Source: Octopus vulgaris (Eukaryota). Taken from it: DNA of 64,000 bases. The position numbers and the translations under genes are program-made. This document shows positions 13,164 to 24,538 of this stretch, in pieces. Numbering within the stretch: the first letter of the stretch is position 1; the number at the start of each line of letters is the position of its first letter. Location of the stretch: positions 9,548,001 to 9,612,000 of the forward strand of contig OX597832.1 of assembly GCA_951406725.2 (NCBI GenBank), written 5' to 3'. The notes under the pieces were generated by a model. It did no database searches. It saw only the letters and a list, made by a program, of their open reading frames with translations, and was not told where the DNA came from.

Positions 13164-13354
13164 ATCTGTGTTTGTCCCCCTAGCATTGCTTGACAACCGA
13201 TGCTGGTGTGTTTGCGTCCTCGTCACTTAGCGGTTCGGCAAAAGAGACCGATAGAATAAATACTGTACTTACAAAGAATAAGTCCCGGGGTCGATTTGCT
13301 CAACTAAAGGCGGTGCTCCAGCATGACCGCAGTCAAATGACTGAAATAAGTAAA
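12947..13354 (+). mobile_element. SINE-A, full length
   Basis: Near-identical to 7839-8248. Confidence 0.9.
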
Positions 13355-13734
13355 CGTGTATAGTGTAAAGTGTAAATGAAATTCTTATATATAAAAACTG
13401 GAGGTGGAAATAACAGAGAAGAAAGCCTAACACATTTCTATTTAAGAGGGAATTTATTAGAAATGATTTTAAAATTATATAAAGAAAATATTAACGGTTT
13501 CAATGAATGTCATCTTATCAAATATCAGTAAAAATGTTTTAAAAAGCAGTTTATCTTCTCTCGTTGGGTAAAAACATGTCTTGGCCCCCAGACATTCTTC
13601 AAATTTTTATAAATTTGTACTAATATTTGAAAAGATGCGATTCATCAAAACCTTTAATATTTTCTTGATATAATTTTTTCGTAGACTTACTTCTGTGCTA
13701 TTTCCACCAGCATCTTATATATATATATATAATG

Positions 13735-13919
13735 CACGCATTTTTTTTCTCTCCTTGTTTCTCTCCGTGTTTCTTTTCTGTGTATCTTTCTGTTGAAGAG
13801 CGTAGGCTCGAAACGTAAAAGACTTGTTTTATTTATATTCCTGAGAGCCTTACTAATACAATTGTTTACTTGTATTCCACCTGCCTTCGTCTTTTGTTTA
13901 TTTTCATAAAGCTTCCCGT

Positions 13920-13920
<1 letters not shown>
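13735..13920 (+). mobile_element. Small (TA)n-flanked element with a minimal hammerhead-like motif (probable Penelope pLTR derivative)
   Basis: Flanked by (TA)n on both sides. Homologous to 17441-17520 (-) and 34195-34375 (-). Contains TCTTT-CTGTTGA-A-GAGC-GTAG-GCTC-GAAAC-GTA-AAAGA. Confidence 0.65.
13785..13822 (+). ncRNA. Minimal type I hammerhead ribozyme-like motif (core variant CUGUUGA)
   Basis: Stem I TCTTT/AAAGA, stem II GAGC/GCTC, GAAA core and GUA cleavage triplet. One deviation from CUGANGA. Confidence 0.55.
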
Positions 13921-13981
<61 letters not shown>

Positions 13982-13982
13982 A

Positions 13983-14185
13983 TCTTTTACTTGTTTCAGC
14001 CATTTGACTGCGGACATGCTGGAACTCTACCCTCAGTAGAAAAAAATCGATCCAAGAACTTATTCTTGGTAAGACTACTACTTATTCTATCGATCTCATT
14101 ACCGATCCACTATGTTTCGGGGACGTAAACACACTAACATCAGTTGTCAAGCGAGGGGAGGGCGACAAACACAGACACAGACACA
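13983..14185 (-). mobile_element. SINE-A 3' half
   Basis: CTTTTACTTGTTTCAG...GTTGTCAAGC is the reverse complement of the SINE-A 3' module. Confidence 0.8.
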
Positions 14186-14195
14186 CATAAAAAAC

Positions 14196-14229
<34 letters not shown>

Positions 14230-14231
<2 letters not shown>

Positions 14232-14443
14232 ATGTATGTTTGTGTGTTTGTGTTTGTCCCCTCAACATCACTTGACAACCGATACTGGTGTGTTTACGCA
14301 CCAGTAACTTAGCGGTTCGGCAAAAGAACCGAGAGAATAAGTACTAAGCTTGCAAAGAATAAGTCCTGGTGTCGATTTCTTCGACTAAAGGCGGTGTTCC
14401 AGAGTGGCCACGGGGAAATGACTGAAACAAGTAAAAGAGTAAA
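14230..14443 (+). mobile_element. SINE-A 3' half
   Basis: TGTTTGTCCCC...CTTGACAACCGAT...ACTGAAACAAGTAAAAGAG. Confidence 0.85.
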
Positions 14444-14926
14444 GTATTTAAGTATCAGTTGAGGATTGTAGATGTAATTCGTAATAAATTTAAGCAAGTA
14501 TGGATGCATTCACAATTATAAAATATGAATGAAATCCTAAAGCTTCAAATTCGGCTGAAATTGTAAACATATATTCGCTCCGATTTCAATTAATATCACA
14601 CAAAAAATGATACATCGACTCACTCGAATTGGATTATTCCATTGCAAGAACATTTTCCATACCAGGTAGGCACACCACCTCTATGAGTTAACCAGGTAAT
14701 GTGTTCGCTTTCAATAATTATGAATACGTTCATAATTATAAAATATAAATGAAATCCAAAAGCTCCATATTGGACTTAAACTGTAATCACACACTGGCTC
14801 CATTTCCATTAATCTCACAAAAATTGAACCATGGACTGCTATTTGATTATTTCACCTCCCTGTATTAGTTAGCTATGTGACATTTATTATTCATAGTTTG
14901 TTCACGTATAATATCCTTGCCATGTA

Positions 14927-15309
14927 GAGGCGCAATGGCCCAGTGGTTAGGGCAGCGGACTCGCGGTCGTAGGATCGCGGTTTCGATTCCCAGACCGGAC
15001 GTTGTGAGTGTTTATTGAACGAAAACACCTAAAGCTCCACGAGGCTCCGGCAGGGATGGTGGTGATCCCTGCTGTACTCTTTCACCACAACTTTCTCTCA
15101 CTCTTACTTCCTGTTTCTGTTGTACCTGTATTTCAAAGGGCCGGCCTTGTCACTCTCTGTGTCACGCTGAATATCCCCGAGGACTACGTTAAGGGTACAC
15201 GTGTCTGTGGAGTGCTCAGCCACTTACACGTTAAGTTCACGATCAGGCTGTTCCGTTGATCGTATCAACCGGAACCCTCGTCGTCGTAACGGACGGAGTG
15301 CTTCCATCC
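14927..15309 (+). mobile_element. SINE-B, full length (head + middle M1 + tail T1)
   Basis: tRNA-like head GGCGCAATGGCCCAGTGG...GGTTTCGATTCC. Near-identical to 32824-33202. Imperfect TSD ATCCTTGCCATGTA / ATCCTTGCTATAGA. Confidence 0.9.
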
Positions 15310-15372
15310 ATCCTTGCTATAGATAGTTTATTATTTTTATATTTTTCAAATGGTTAGATTATTCATTTGTTC

Positions 15373-15600
15373 TTTTCTACTTTTACTTGCTTTAGTAATT
15401 TGACTGAGGCCATGCTGGAGCACCGACTTGAATGGTAGTGGAAGGAATCGAACCCGGTACTTATTTTCTTTTTTGCCTAGGGTCATATCCTCTCAGTTCA
15501 TTTTGCTGAACTGTTAATTTTATGGAGACGTAATCACTCTAACACCAGTTGTCAAGCGGTGGTGAGGAACAATCACACACACAAACACACACACAAACAC
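15373..15600 (-). mobile_element. Diverged SINE-A 3' half
   Basis: TTTGACTGAGGCCATGCTGGAGCACC...GTTGTCAAGC. Confidence 0.7.
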
Positions 15601-15631
<31 letters not shown>

Positions 15632-15698
15632 TCACACACACACATACACACACAAAGTCATACTCTCTCTCACACACATAAAAAAATGTATGTATATA

Positions 15699-15759
<61 letters not shown>

Positions 15760-15913
15760 AGTAGATAGAAAGCCGACAACTGATGAATGATCCTTTCTCT
15801 ATGTTTACTTTTTCTCTTCTCCATTTTTACCCTCGGTGTTTGCATATTTAAATCTTTTGTTTACGTATTTCATGTTGTTTGAACCGTTGGTGACATCCTG
15901 TACCCATATATGC

Positions 15914-15974
<61 letters not shown>

Positions 15975-16521
15975 TATATACTATATATTATTTACTATTT
16001 ATCATTTAATTGAACGACCTTCACCTATTTGATGCGACACTTTTCTCTATACTGTTGTTTTCCTCTAATTTTCTCTAATTCCCTGTTGCTGCTCCCCCTT
16101 CTATCTGTCTCTCTTACCGTTTTCTATCTGTCTCAATTTCCCTTCTTTCTCTTTCTCTTTCATTCCCTCTCTCTTCTATCTTTTTCTCTTTTCAAAGATA
16201 TGTTTTCCCCGTGTCCGCTATTTTCCTCTCGTTCTGGTCCATGTTTGTTTTCGTACGGTATCCTTGTATGTTTTGCTCCCACCTTTGACCACCACCCCTC
16301 ATCATTAATCCTAAGTTTTGTTTTAGAATTTATGGGAGCAACTGTCTGTGAGGACTCATATTGTCATTGAATGCTCGAAATGAGGAATAAACTGACAGCC
16401 GACACCTGATGAAGAGTCGTTCTCTGTGTTTACTTGTTCTGTTTTCCATTTTTTCCTCTCGTTGTTTGCGTATTTAACTCGTTTGTTTTCGTATTTCATT
16501 TTGTTTACACAGTTGAAGACA

Positions 16522-16525
<4 letters not shown>
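15760..16525 (+). repeat. Two related (TA)n-associated repeats containing CCGACA(A/C)CTGATGAA
   Basis: 15770-15900 and 16395-16525 share GCCGACA.CTGATGAA...CTCT.TGTTTACT...GTATTTCAT.TTGTTT, and each abuts a (TA)n array. Confidence 0.55.
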
Positions 16526-16599
<74 letters not shown>

Positions 16600-17440
16600 A
16601 TCTACATTTAAACATATAAGGAGTCCACCTAATGGTCATTCCTCTTATATGCATGTAATGTAATTTTCTGAATCTTCAAATTTTTTCTAAGGGCTAGGCC
16701 ACTGGTTTACATTGATATTGATCTAGTTGATATCATTCTTTACTCCTATTATTTAAATTTAAATTTAAATAACCATGTTCTTTAATCGGTAAGCTTCGGT
16801 GCAGAAAATTATTTTCTGGAGAGTCATTTCCGTCATCAGTCCGCCAGAACGATGACATTTGAAATGAACCCCCATATATAATTGACAGAACTTTATGCAT
16901 GTTCTCTCTCGGAAGGACGTCTCGTGTATAGTTCTCCAAATTATATTTTTCATGACGGTCACAATGAGGATTTGCGGATATTTACATAATTGTAAATAGT
17001 AACAGGGAGCCATGGTATGTGACTAATGCCTATATTTTATATCTTTTTTTTTTCGAATTTTCTTGAAAACAATTTTTTCTTAGTGGTCAGACAAATGGGG
17101 TTACATTTAGCATATATATTCATATATATAAATAAATAAATAAATAAATAAATATATATATATATATATATAAATATATTTAAAAAAAGGAGATGTCGAA
17201 CACGAGTGGTGATATATAAAAAGGAAATGAAGAAAATGCTGACAAATAAAGTAAAAGTAATTTAATTAGGTGAAAGTTCTTTTTACCGGTTGCGCATTTG
17301 TTATGCTTATCAAAATATAAAAGAGAGATTAGAGTCTGTCTCTTATATGTGAAAAAAAGAGGCTCAGAGTTGTTTGGGATTTGCTTGGTTTCGCGCCTAA
17401 AATTTTGATTGGTCATTATATATATATATATATATATATA

Positions 17441-17516
17441 TAACGGGAAGCTTTATGAAAATAAACAAAAGACGAAGGCAGGTGGAAAACAAACGAACAA
17501 CTGTATTAGTATGGCG

Positions 17517-17520
<4 letters not shown>
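17441..17520 (-). mobile_element. 5'-truncated copy of the 13735-13920 element within (TA)n
   Basis: AACGGGAAGCTTTATGAAAATAAACAAAAGACGAAGGCAGGTGGAA is the exact reverse complement of 13875-13920. Confidence 0.8.
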
Positions 17521-17568
<48 letters not shown>

Positions 17569-18071
17569 TATATATATATATACTTTTATTCTTCTGTACG
17601 ATTCAACATTAAGGTTATGGCCATGCAGGAGCACACACACAGACGCACACAATTATATATGCATATGTGTGGATGAAGGGATGAATGCTAGTATATAAGT
17701 ATGTATGCATATACATACTATATTCTGCATTATGAGAGCGACAGAGAAAGGCAAAGTTATAGAAATCTTAGATTGTCATTAACTTTAACAAGCTGAGCTC
17801 ATGAATGCAATTTAAAAGAAGCCATTTTCTCTCTTCCATTTCCCCCTTTCTTTGTTTCCTTCTTTTTTCTTCCTTCATTTATTTATTTCTCCTTTTCTTT
17901 ATCGCTTTCCTGTTTTCCTCTTCACTCTTCTTTCTCCTCCTAGTTGAACCTCCAGGGGTTCACCACTCACACGCGCTTGCACACACATACATGCGCATTC
18001 TTAGATGCGCACACTTAAGTACACACACTCGCACGCCCACCCACACATCCATACATTTATATATATATATG

Positions 18072-18111
<40 letters not shown>

Positions 18112-18759
18112 TAGATAGAGAAATAAATAGATAGATAGAGATACCAGAAACATATATTTATAGAAAAGGGTAAAGCACTTTCTGTAAAAAAAAGCATATG
18201 CTGCGTATCCGAAACGAATGAGATGAAAGCGCCAATAATTATTAAAATTTCTGATTCTGACAATCTCTTTTTTTCTTAAACAATAAAATCTGTACAGCAC
18301 CTCAAATTATATATGTGTGTGTGTGTATGTGTGTGCGCGCGGGCGTATGTGCTTGAGTGTGCGTGCGCGTATGGATATGTGTGAGTGTGCGTGTGTGTGC
18401 GTGCGTGCGTGTATATGTATGTGCAGGATATAACCTGATATGATATGAAAAAATGATACTTTTCGTGCACTTGACTGCTCTGATTCATTCACTGATTTTT
18501 ATAAAAATGTAAGCTATTTATCATTAAAAATCTATGAATTAACCCTCTAGAACACTATAAATTTTCCAGTTATTTGAAAAATATATGATTGTAGATTTTC
18601 ACTGCAGCATGGCATTCCTAAACTGACATGAAAATAAATAGGGCAGGTAAGCTCTATTATAAGCTAAGATATTGCAATTGAATCGAACGATTCACGACTC
18701 AGTTTGCCACTTCAGGATCATAATTTAATAAATTTTACAAAATCGGAGTAAATATACTT

Positions 18760-19220
18760 TGTTCTTTTTTATCCTTTTTGCCCCTTGTGGACCATAGGGC
18801 CTCAACAGTTTGTTTCAACTTTTTGCGGTCACTGGCGTGTTTCTTGGCTGCTTCCCATGTGAAGCCGGTGGTCCTGCGCTCGCCCAAAATGCTCCGCCTC
18901 CATGTCTGCTTCGGGTGTCCTCGCTTCCTTTTTCCCTGCGGGTTCCAGTCAGGTTCTTATGTCATATTTAAGGGTTCTTTCCGCAGCGTGTGTCCGATCC
19001 ATCTCCATTTCCTTCGTGTAAACTGAACACGTATGGGCTCCTGGTTGGCCCTTTCCCACAGGTTGGTTTTTGACACTCTGTCCAATCACTTCAGATGGAG
19101 GATCTGCCGGAGACATTTGTTGATTAAGGTCTGGATCTTCTTGTAGTTGCTGCAGGTGGATCTCCATGTTTCAGAGCCATACAAAAGCACAGATTTTACG
19201 TTTGAACTAAATATGCTTGG
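18760..19220 (-). mobile_element. RTE-clade LINE 3' fragment
   Basis: Minus-strand translation NVKSVLLYGSETW...NKCLRQIL...RRKWRWIGHTLRK...WNPQGKRKRGHPKQTWRR, a typical RTE ORF C-terminus, with stops. Confidence 0.85.
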
Positions 19221-19521
19221 TTATTTCATCTCTAATATTGATTATGCTGCGCACATCGAAAATATGTGCAGATTCTCTTACAAATTCATGTGCGATATAA
19301 CGTAAAATTCAGATGGTGCCATATTTTACATCCCATTATAGCTTTATGATACAAAATATTTTAATGGCACAATATGAATTCTAATGTTAACTGAGTAATG
19401 AAATAAACTGATAACTGTTCATCAATTGTTACGTATGTATTTTTAATTCACCTCTCTGTCAACTTGCCCCACGCATATTTCGAGGTTTATTATGGATTGT
19501 ATCATATCGATAAAAGGCATG

Positions 19522-19554
<33 letters not shown>

Positions 19555-19849
19555 CGTATGTGTGTACGTGATAGTAATTTATGTACATCCACAAATTAGC
19601 ACTCATGTCGCTCAAATTTTAGGAGGACATTCCTCAACTCCCTATCTGGGTTTCGTCAACTTAATTGTTTCCCGTGGCACCGGCGGATAGCAGTAAAATT
19701 CTATTTTCTGCCATAGCTTTTAGCCATAAGAAATATCAGCCATAGCTTTTTGACAGCGTCTAAAAAAAAATAAGATAAAGAAAAGTGGAAGAGAGTTTCA
19801 CGGCGTTTAAACAAAAATGAGTAAGACAAAGTGAGAGATAGAGAGGGGA

Positions 19850-20211
19850 AGAGAGAGAAAGTGAAGACGTTCATGAAAAATAAAATGTAAAATGTTTTTG
19901 TTTTTTCTTAAACACGAGATATAGTGTTCAAATTCAGGATGTTTTTGAAAGACACTATATTTTATAACCATAGTATATATACTGTCTCACACAACAATTA
20001 CAATACATTTATTTTAAATCATATATTTATTTTAAATCGTTCATCTTTCTCCCCCCTCTCTCTCACACACACATACATTACTTTGAGTGCGAAAGAGTTT
20101 AGTTTTTATTTTACGCGGAGTAAAATAATATTTTCTTTGGTTTCAAATAAAGAACTTGATTAGCTTAATAATCGTAACCTAATCCCGGGAAAGGCCGGGT
20201 TATACTGCTAG
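19850..20211 (+). mobile_element. Helitron-type 3' end (5' boundary uncertain)
   Basis: GC hairpin CCCGG-GAAAGG-CCGGG (20184-20199), then CTAG (20208-20211) followed by T. Confidence 0.6.
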
Positions 20212-20499
20212 TATTTAATAAAATGTACATGTCTAAATAGCTCAAGAGGGGAATATATTCTCAATTTGGTTCATTTAATTCCATACATGGCCCAAATATC
20301 ATACTGCCAGTATTCTGAACAAGGTTAGCATTCATCTATAATTGCTGTATGGCAATTTTATTCCGACCTAACTGGGTGCCCCGTCTTTATGTACCTTATT
20401 GAAGTGAATCTTGCTTTATCATATCTATGTATGTGTATGTGTATGTGATTGTGTGTGTGTGTGTTCGTGTGTACGTGTGTATGTGAGCTTGTGTGTATG

Positions 20500-20697
20500 T
20501 GTAATTGTGTCTGAATTTTTCCCCTCAATGTTTGACAACCGCTGCAGGTGTATTATTTCCCTGCAACACAGTGGTTCATCAAAATGGTCCGATAAAATAA
20601 GTACTATGCTTGGGGTAGATTTGTTCGAGGGAAACCCATCAAATTAGTGCCCCAACTTGGCGGTAGACAAGTGATTGAAACAAGTAAAAGATAAAAG
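20500..20697 (+). mobile_element. Diverged SINE-A 3' half
   Basis: TTGACAACCG...CCGATAAAATAAGTACT...TGAAACAAGTAAAAGATAAAAG. Confidence 0.65.
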
Positions 20698-20710
20698 GGA
20701 TTTTATACAG

Positions 20711-20772
<62 letters not shown>

Positions 20773-20774
<2 letters not shown>

Positions 20775-21165
20775 GAGCAAAACGCCCGCCCACTGTCCAA
20801 TGGACCCTACTGAGTTGTGAAACATTTAAACCAATTTTTCTCTAAACAACTTGTCCGACCGTCCCATAGGCCTCCCCTTTGTGAAACACTGATTTAGCCT
20901 AAATTTGAGACACCAGCAAAAGCAGAAATAAAGACAGACTTTTTTCTATTCCAAAGATAAACGATTTTATTGCGCGTACAAATGTACGTTCCCACGGCTC
21001 TATCGATCTCATTCTCACGTGGAATCGATTTTTGTAACTTTTTGAAGACTTATACACGCCCTTATACCGTCAGTATCTACATATCAAATTTGAGCGCAAT
21101 CGGATGGAGGGTGCCCGAGATTCAAGGAGACACACACACAGACAGAACGGATTTTATACTATATA
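20773..21165 (-). mobile_element. Non-autonomous Helitron-like element
   Basis: The minus strand starts TATAGTATAAAATCCGTTCTGTCTGTGTG...CCGATTGCGCTCAAATTTG, a layout recalled from small Helitron families. It ends in a GC-rich segment plus CTCG|T and is embedded in (TA)n. Confidence 0.5.
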
Positions 21166-21993
21166 TATATATATGCATGTAGGTATGTATTTGTATGTAT
21201 ATCTTTGTATGTACACATGAAACAAAATTTTGGCATTTATATGAGGATACATAAAGTTTAAACTTTTATTCTTTTTGGGAAAATTACCAACTTTCCGAAA
21301 AATGATTAAGATTCTTAAATTATGCTGATATTCTGATGTATCGCTTTTGACACGTCATCAAGAATCTTCATTATTACTTTTGAATAATTTGCTTTCATAT
21401 ATGGAATCTTGATTTTTCTCGTTATCTTAGATTTTTCATAATTTTTTTTTATTTCATTAGGTGTAAAATTTATGGATTTCCTTAATTAAATGTAAGGAGT
21501 GTGCCTATATTTAAATATCACTTAATCGCCTACGTAGTGATCTTTTTTCCTTTTAAGAAATATCAAATTTATCACCTCTCTTTTATCGAATTTATTTTCT
21601 AAAATGTCGATATTTGGTACATAGTTATATATTCAAAATTATCTTTTATATTAACTTTAAACATTTAATGCAATATATGTAGAAAGCTAGAAGTAAATCT
21701 AAAATCATTTTACACACTTCCAAACAAATTTGGTCCCAGACTTATGGCCTGAGTCAAAATTTGAACGCAAAGTTATTTAACATAAATATAGGCATACGCT
21801 TATTTTAAATTACTCATATCTTTTGAAAAATGCTAATATACTTATTACATGTAAATGTACGTGCAATGTGTACGTTATTGCTTAATTTGATATTATCTTT
21901 AGACGTACGTACATACATGAATACATACATACATGCACACATGCCTCTGTGTTTACACACACACACAAACGCCCAAATGTATATATATATGTG

Positions 21994-22040
<47 letters not shown>

Positions 22041-22109
22041 CACACATGTATATGTGTGTATGTATTAATTATCTATATCTATATAGACACACATACACTC
22101 CGCCATATA

Positions 22110-22156
<47 letters not shown>

Positions 22157-22731
22157 TACGTATTTCTATCCGTATATGCATGTGTGTATGTGTATGCGTC
22201 TACAGTGTATAAATATATGTATTTTTTATATATGCAATAATTTAGTATGTATGAAAATCAATTCTCATTTCATTCCGAAGAAAATAATTATATATATGCA
22301 CCCATACATTCCATTTATATATTTTTATTTCTCCCCCTGCTTCATATGAGGAGAGCTGTGAATCACAAAGCATTTCGCGTAGAGTATTTATGACACGAAA
22401 ATATTATTGATTTATTCGACAGGAAAAGGATGCGTTGCTTTCAGCGATCGGAACTTGAGAGTCTATATTTCCTAATGTAATTATTTTAATATTTGGGAAA
22501 ACTAATTGATCATAATTAATCCAATTTCGAAATTAATTGTTCGAATTGATTTACTCTACTGCAAATAACTGAATTATTTTGTCGATGTGAATAACGGCTA
22601 GGTTCCTCATTGAATTTTCGTCCTTGTAATTAATTAGGTACATTAATAAAATATTTTGTGACTACTGCTTGTGATAGGATTGGAATTGAAAGGAATACAA
22701 ATCGATGTAACACTAATATTGTTACAACAGC

Positions 22732-22870
<139 letters not shown>

Positions 22871-23180
22871 AGCTACTAAATTATTATAAGAACATTAAAT
22901 GTGATAAAATAGATGAAGAATAATGACAAGCGATAGTACAACAACAACAATAATAATAATAATGATGATGTTAATAACAAAAATAATACCAACACTACAA
23001 CATATAATGATAAGTTGTAAAATATTAAAAGAACAATGGCGCTGATGATAATAATATCAGCATTATTGATGCTGTAGAGGTTAACGATGGGAATTAGCGT
23101 GTCACCGAAATTGGTTACCATTGGTTTGTTCTTAATTCTTTCTGATGATGACTATGATGATGATGATAACTACAATGTGA

Positions 23181-23266
<86 letters not shown>

Positions 23267-23300
23267 GTAATAATAATAGTGATAATAATGGTAATAATAA

Positions 23301-23513
23301 TTGTTTCAAATTTTGTCACAAGGGCAGCAATTTTCGGGGAGGAGGCTAGTCGATTTTATCGACTCCAGTGTTTCACTGGCACTTAGTTTATCGACCCTGA
23401 ATGGATGAAAGGCAAAGTCGACCTCGTCGGAATTTGAACTCAGAACATACCGATGAGCGAAAGACCGCTAAGCATTTTGACCAGCATGTTAACGATTCTA
23501 CCAGCTCGTCGCT
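23301..23513 (-). mobile_element. SINE-C with alternative tail C2, inside (TAA)n arrays
   Basis: The body matches SINE-C, but the tail reads CCCCGAAAATTGCTGCCCTTGTGACAAAATTTGAAAC on the minus strand. (TAA)n on both sides. Confidence 0.75.
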
Positions 23514-23515
23514 TT

Positions 23516-23536
23516 AATAATAATAATAATGTAATA

Positions 23537-23608
<72 letters not shown>

Positions 23609-23631
23609 GTTATTATTATTATTATTATATT

Positions 23632-23682
<51 letters not shown>

Positions 23683-23834
23683 ATAGTAGTAGTAGTAGTA
23701 GAAGGGGAGGAGGAGGAAGAGAAGAAGAAGAAGAAGAAGAAGAAAGAAGAAGAAGAAGAAGAAGAAGAAGAAGAAGAAGAAGAAGAAGAAGAAGAAGAAG
23801 AAGAAGAAGAAGAAGAAGAAGAAGAAGAAGAAGA
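23516..23834. repeat. Compound (TAA)n-(TTA)n-(TAG)n-(GAA)n microsatellite
   Basis: Direct inspection. Confidence 0.95.
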
Positions 23835-24159
23835 ATGGATTCGCAGACGTCGGTATATATCTGGTAAATTTTAAGTATATCATAAAATCGCAGTTAACTC
23901 TGATTTTAATCCTACATAACTAATCGTAAGTTTTTGTTTTAGGCATTAGCTTACCAATCTATTTTAACAATTTCAATAAATGGCAACGCTGATTTATGTA
24001 AATATAATTTATCTATGAAGTAATTATATTTTGTGGTAGGCCAACGACTTAATACTTCAACGGCGAATTACAGCATCATCCACAGGGAGACAAAAAGAAA
24101 GCTTGCCATAAGAAGAAATTGATTTCTGAATTGTAATAATCTTAGCAACTGTTACATAC

Positions 24160-24307
24160 TCGCCGGCTGAGATTGCCACGTTCCGGCACCGTTGCGCCGG
24201 AAGGTCCGCAAGGCCCCCGCTGCCGACCTGCTGAGTAGGTGTGGGATACAACAAAGACTGCGTTGCGGAAGAATCTTCTGACCAGCGCGTCGTTAAGCTC
24301 GTTCTGT
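24160..24307 (-). other. GC/CpG-rich unique segment, candidate exon
   Basis: Minus-strand CAG acceptor at 24310-24308 and GTATGT donor at 24159-24154. Two frames are open. No recognisable homology. Confidence 0.25.
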
Positions 24308-24538
24308 CTGATATTTAGAGAGCACTGGTAAAATCATTTAACAGTAAACGAATACACACACATATATACATCACACACATCCACACAGACGCACACACAC
24401 ACACATACATACACACACAGAGGTACAGTCACTTACGCACACGTATACACACATAGGCACTCGCGTTGGCGCTCGAACTGACTACCGATACTCAAACACA
24501 TGCGTTAAGCAGTATTATTAAATACGGTTCACATATAT

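Noticed and set aside
14927-15000. tRNA-like sequences at SINE heads (also 7839, 26894, 32824, 58270-58341)
   Set aside because: Each continues into a multi-copy SINE body, several with TSDs, and has no complete acceptor stem; these are not tRNA genes.
16600-17110. Possible DNA-transposon remnant between (TA)n arrays
   Set aside because: No convincing TIR pair or second copy found by eye.
18780-18795. GCCCCTTGTGG shared between the RTE 3' end and the SINE-C C1 tail
   Set aside because: Only 11 bp, and in opposite orientation relative to each element's sense strand, so it is not evidence of partnership.
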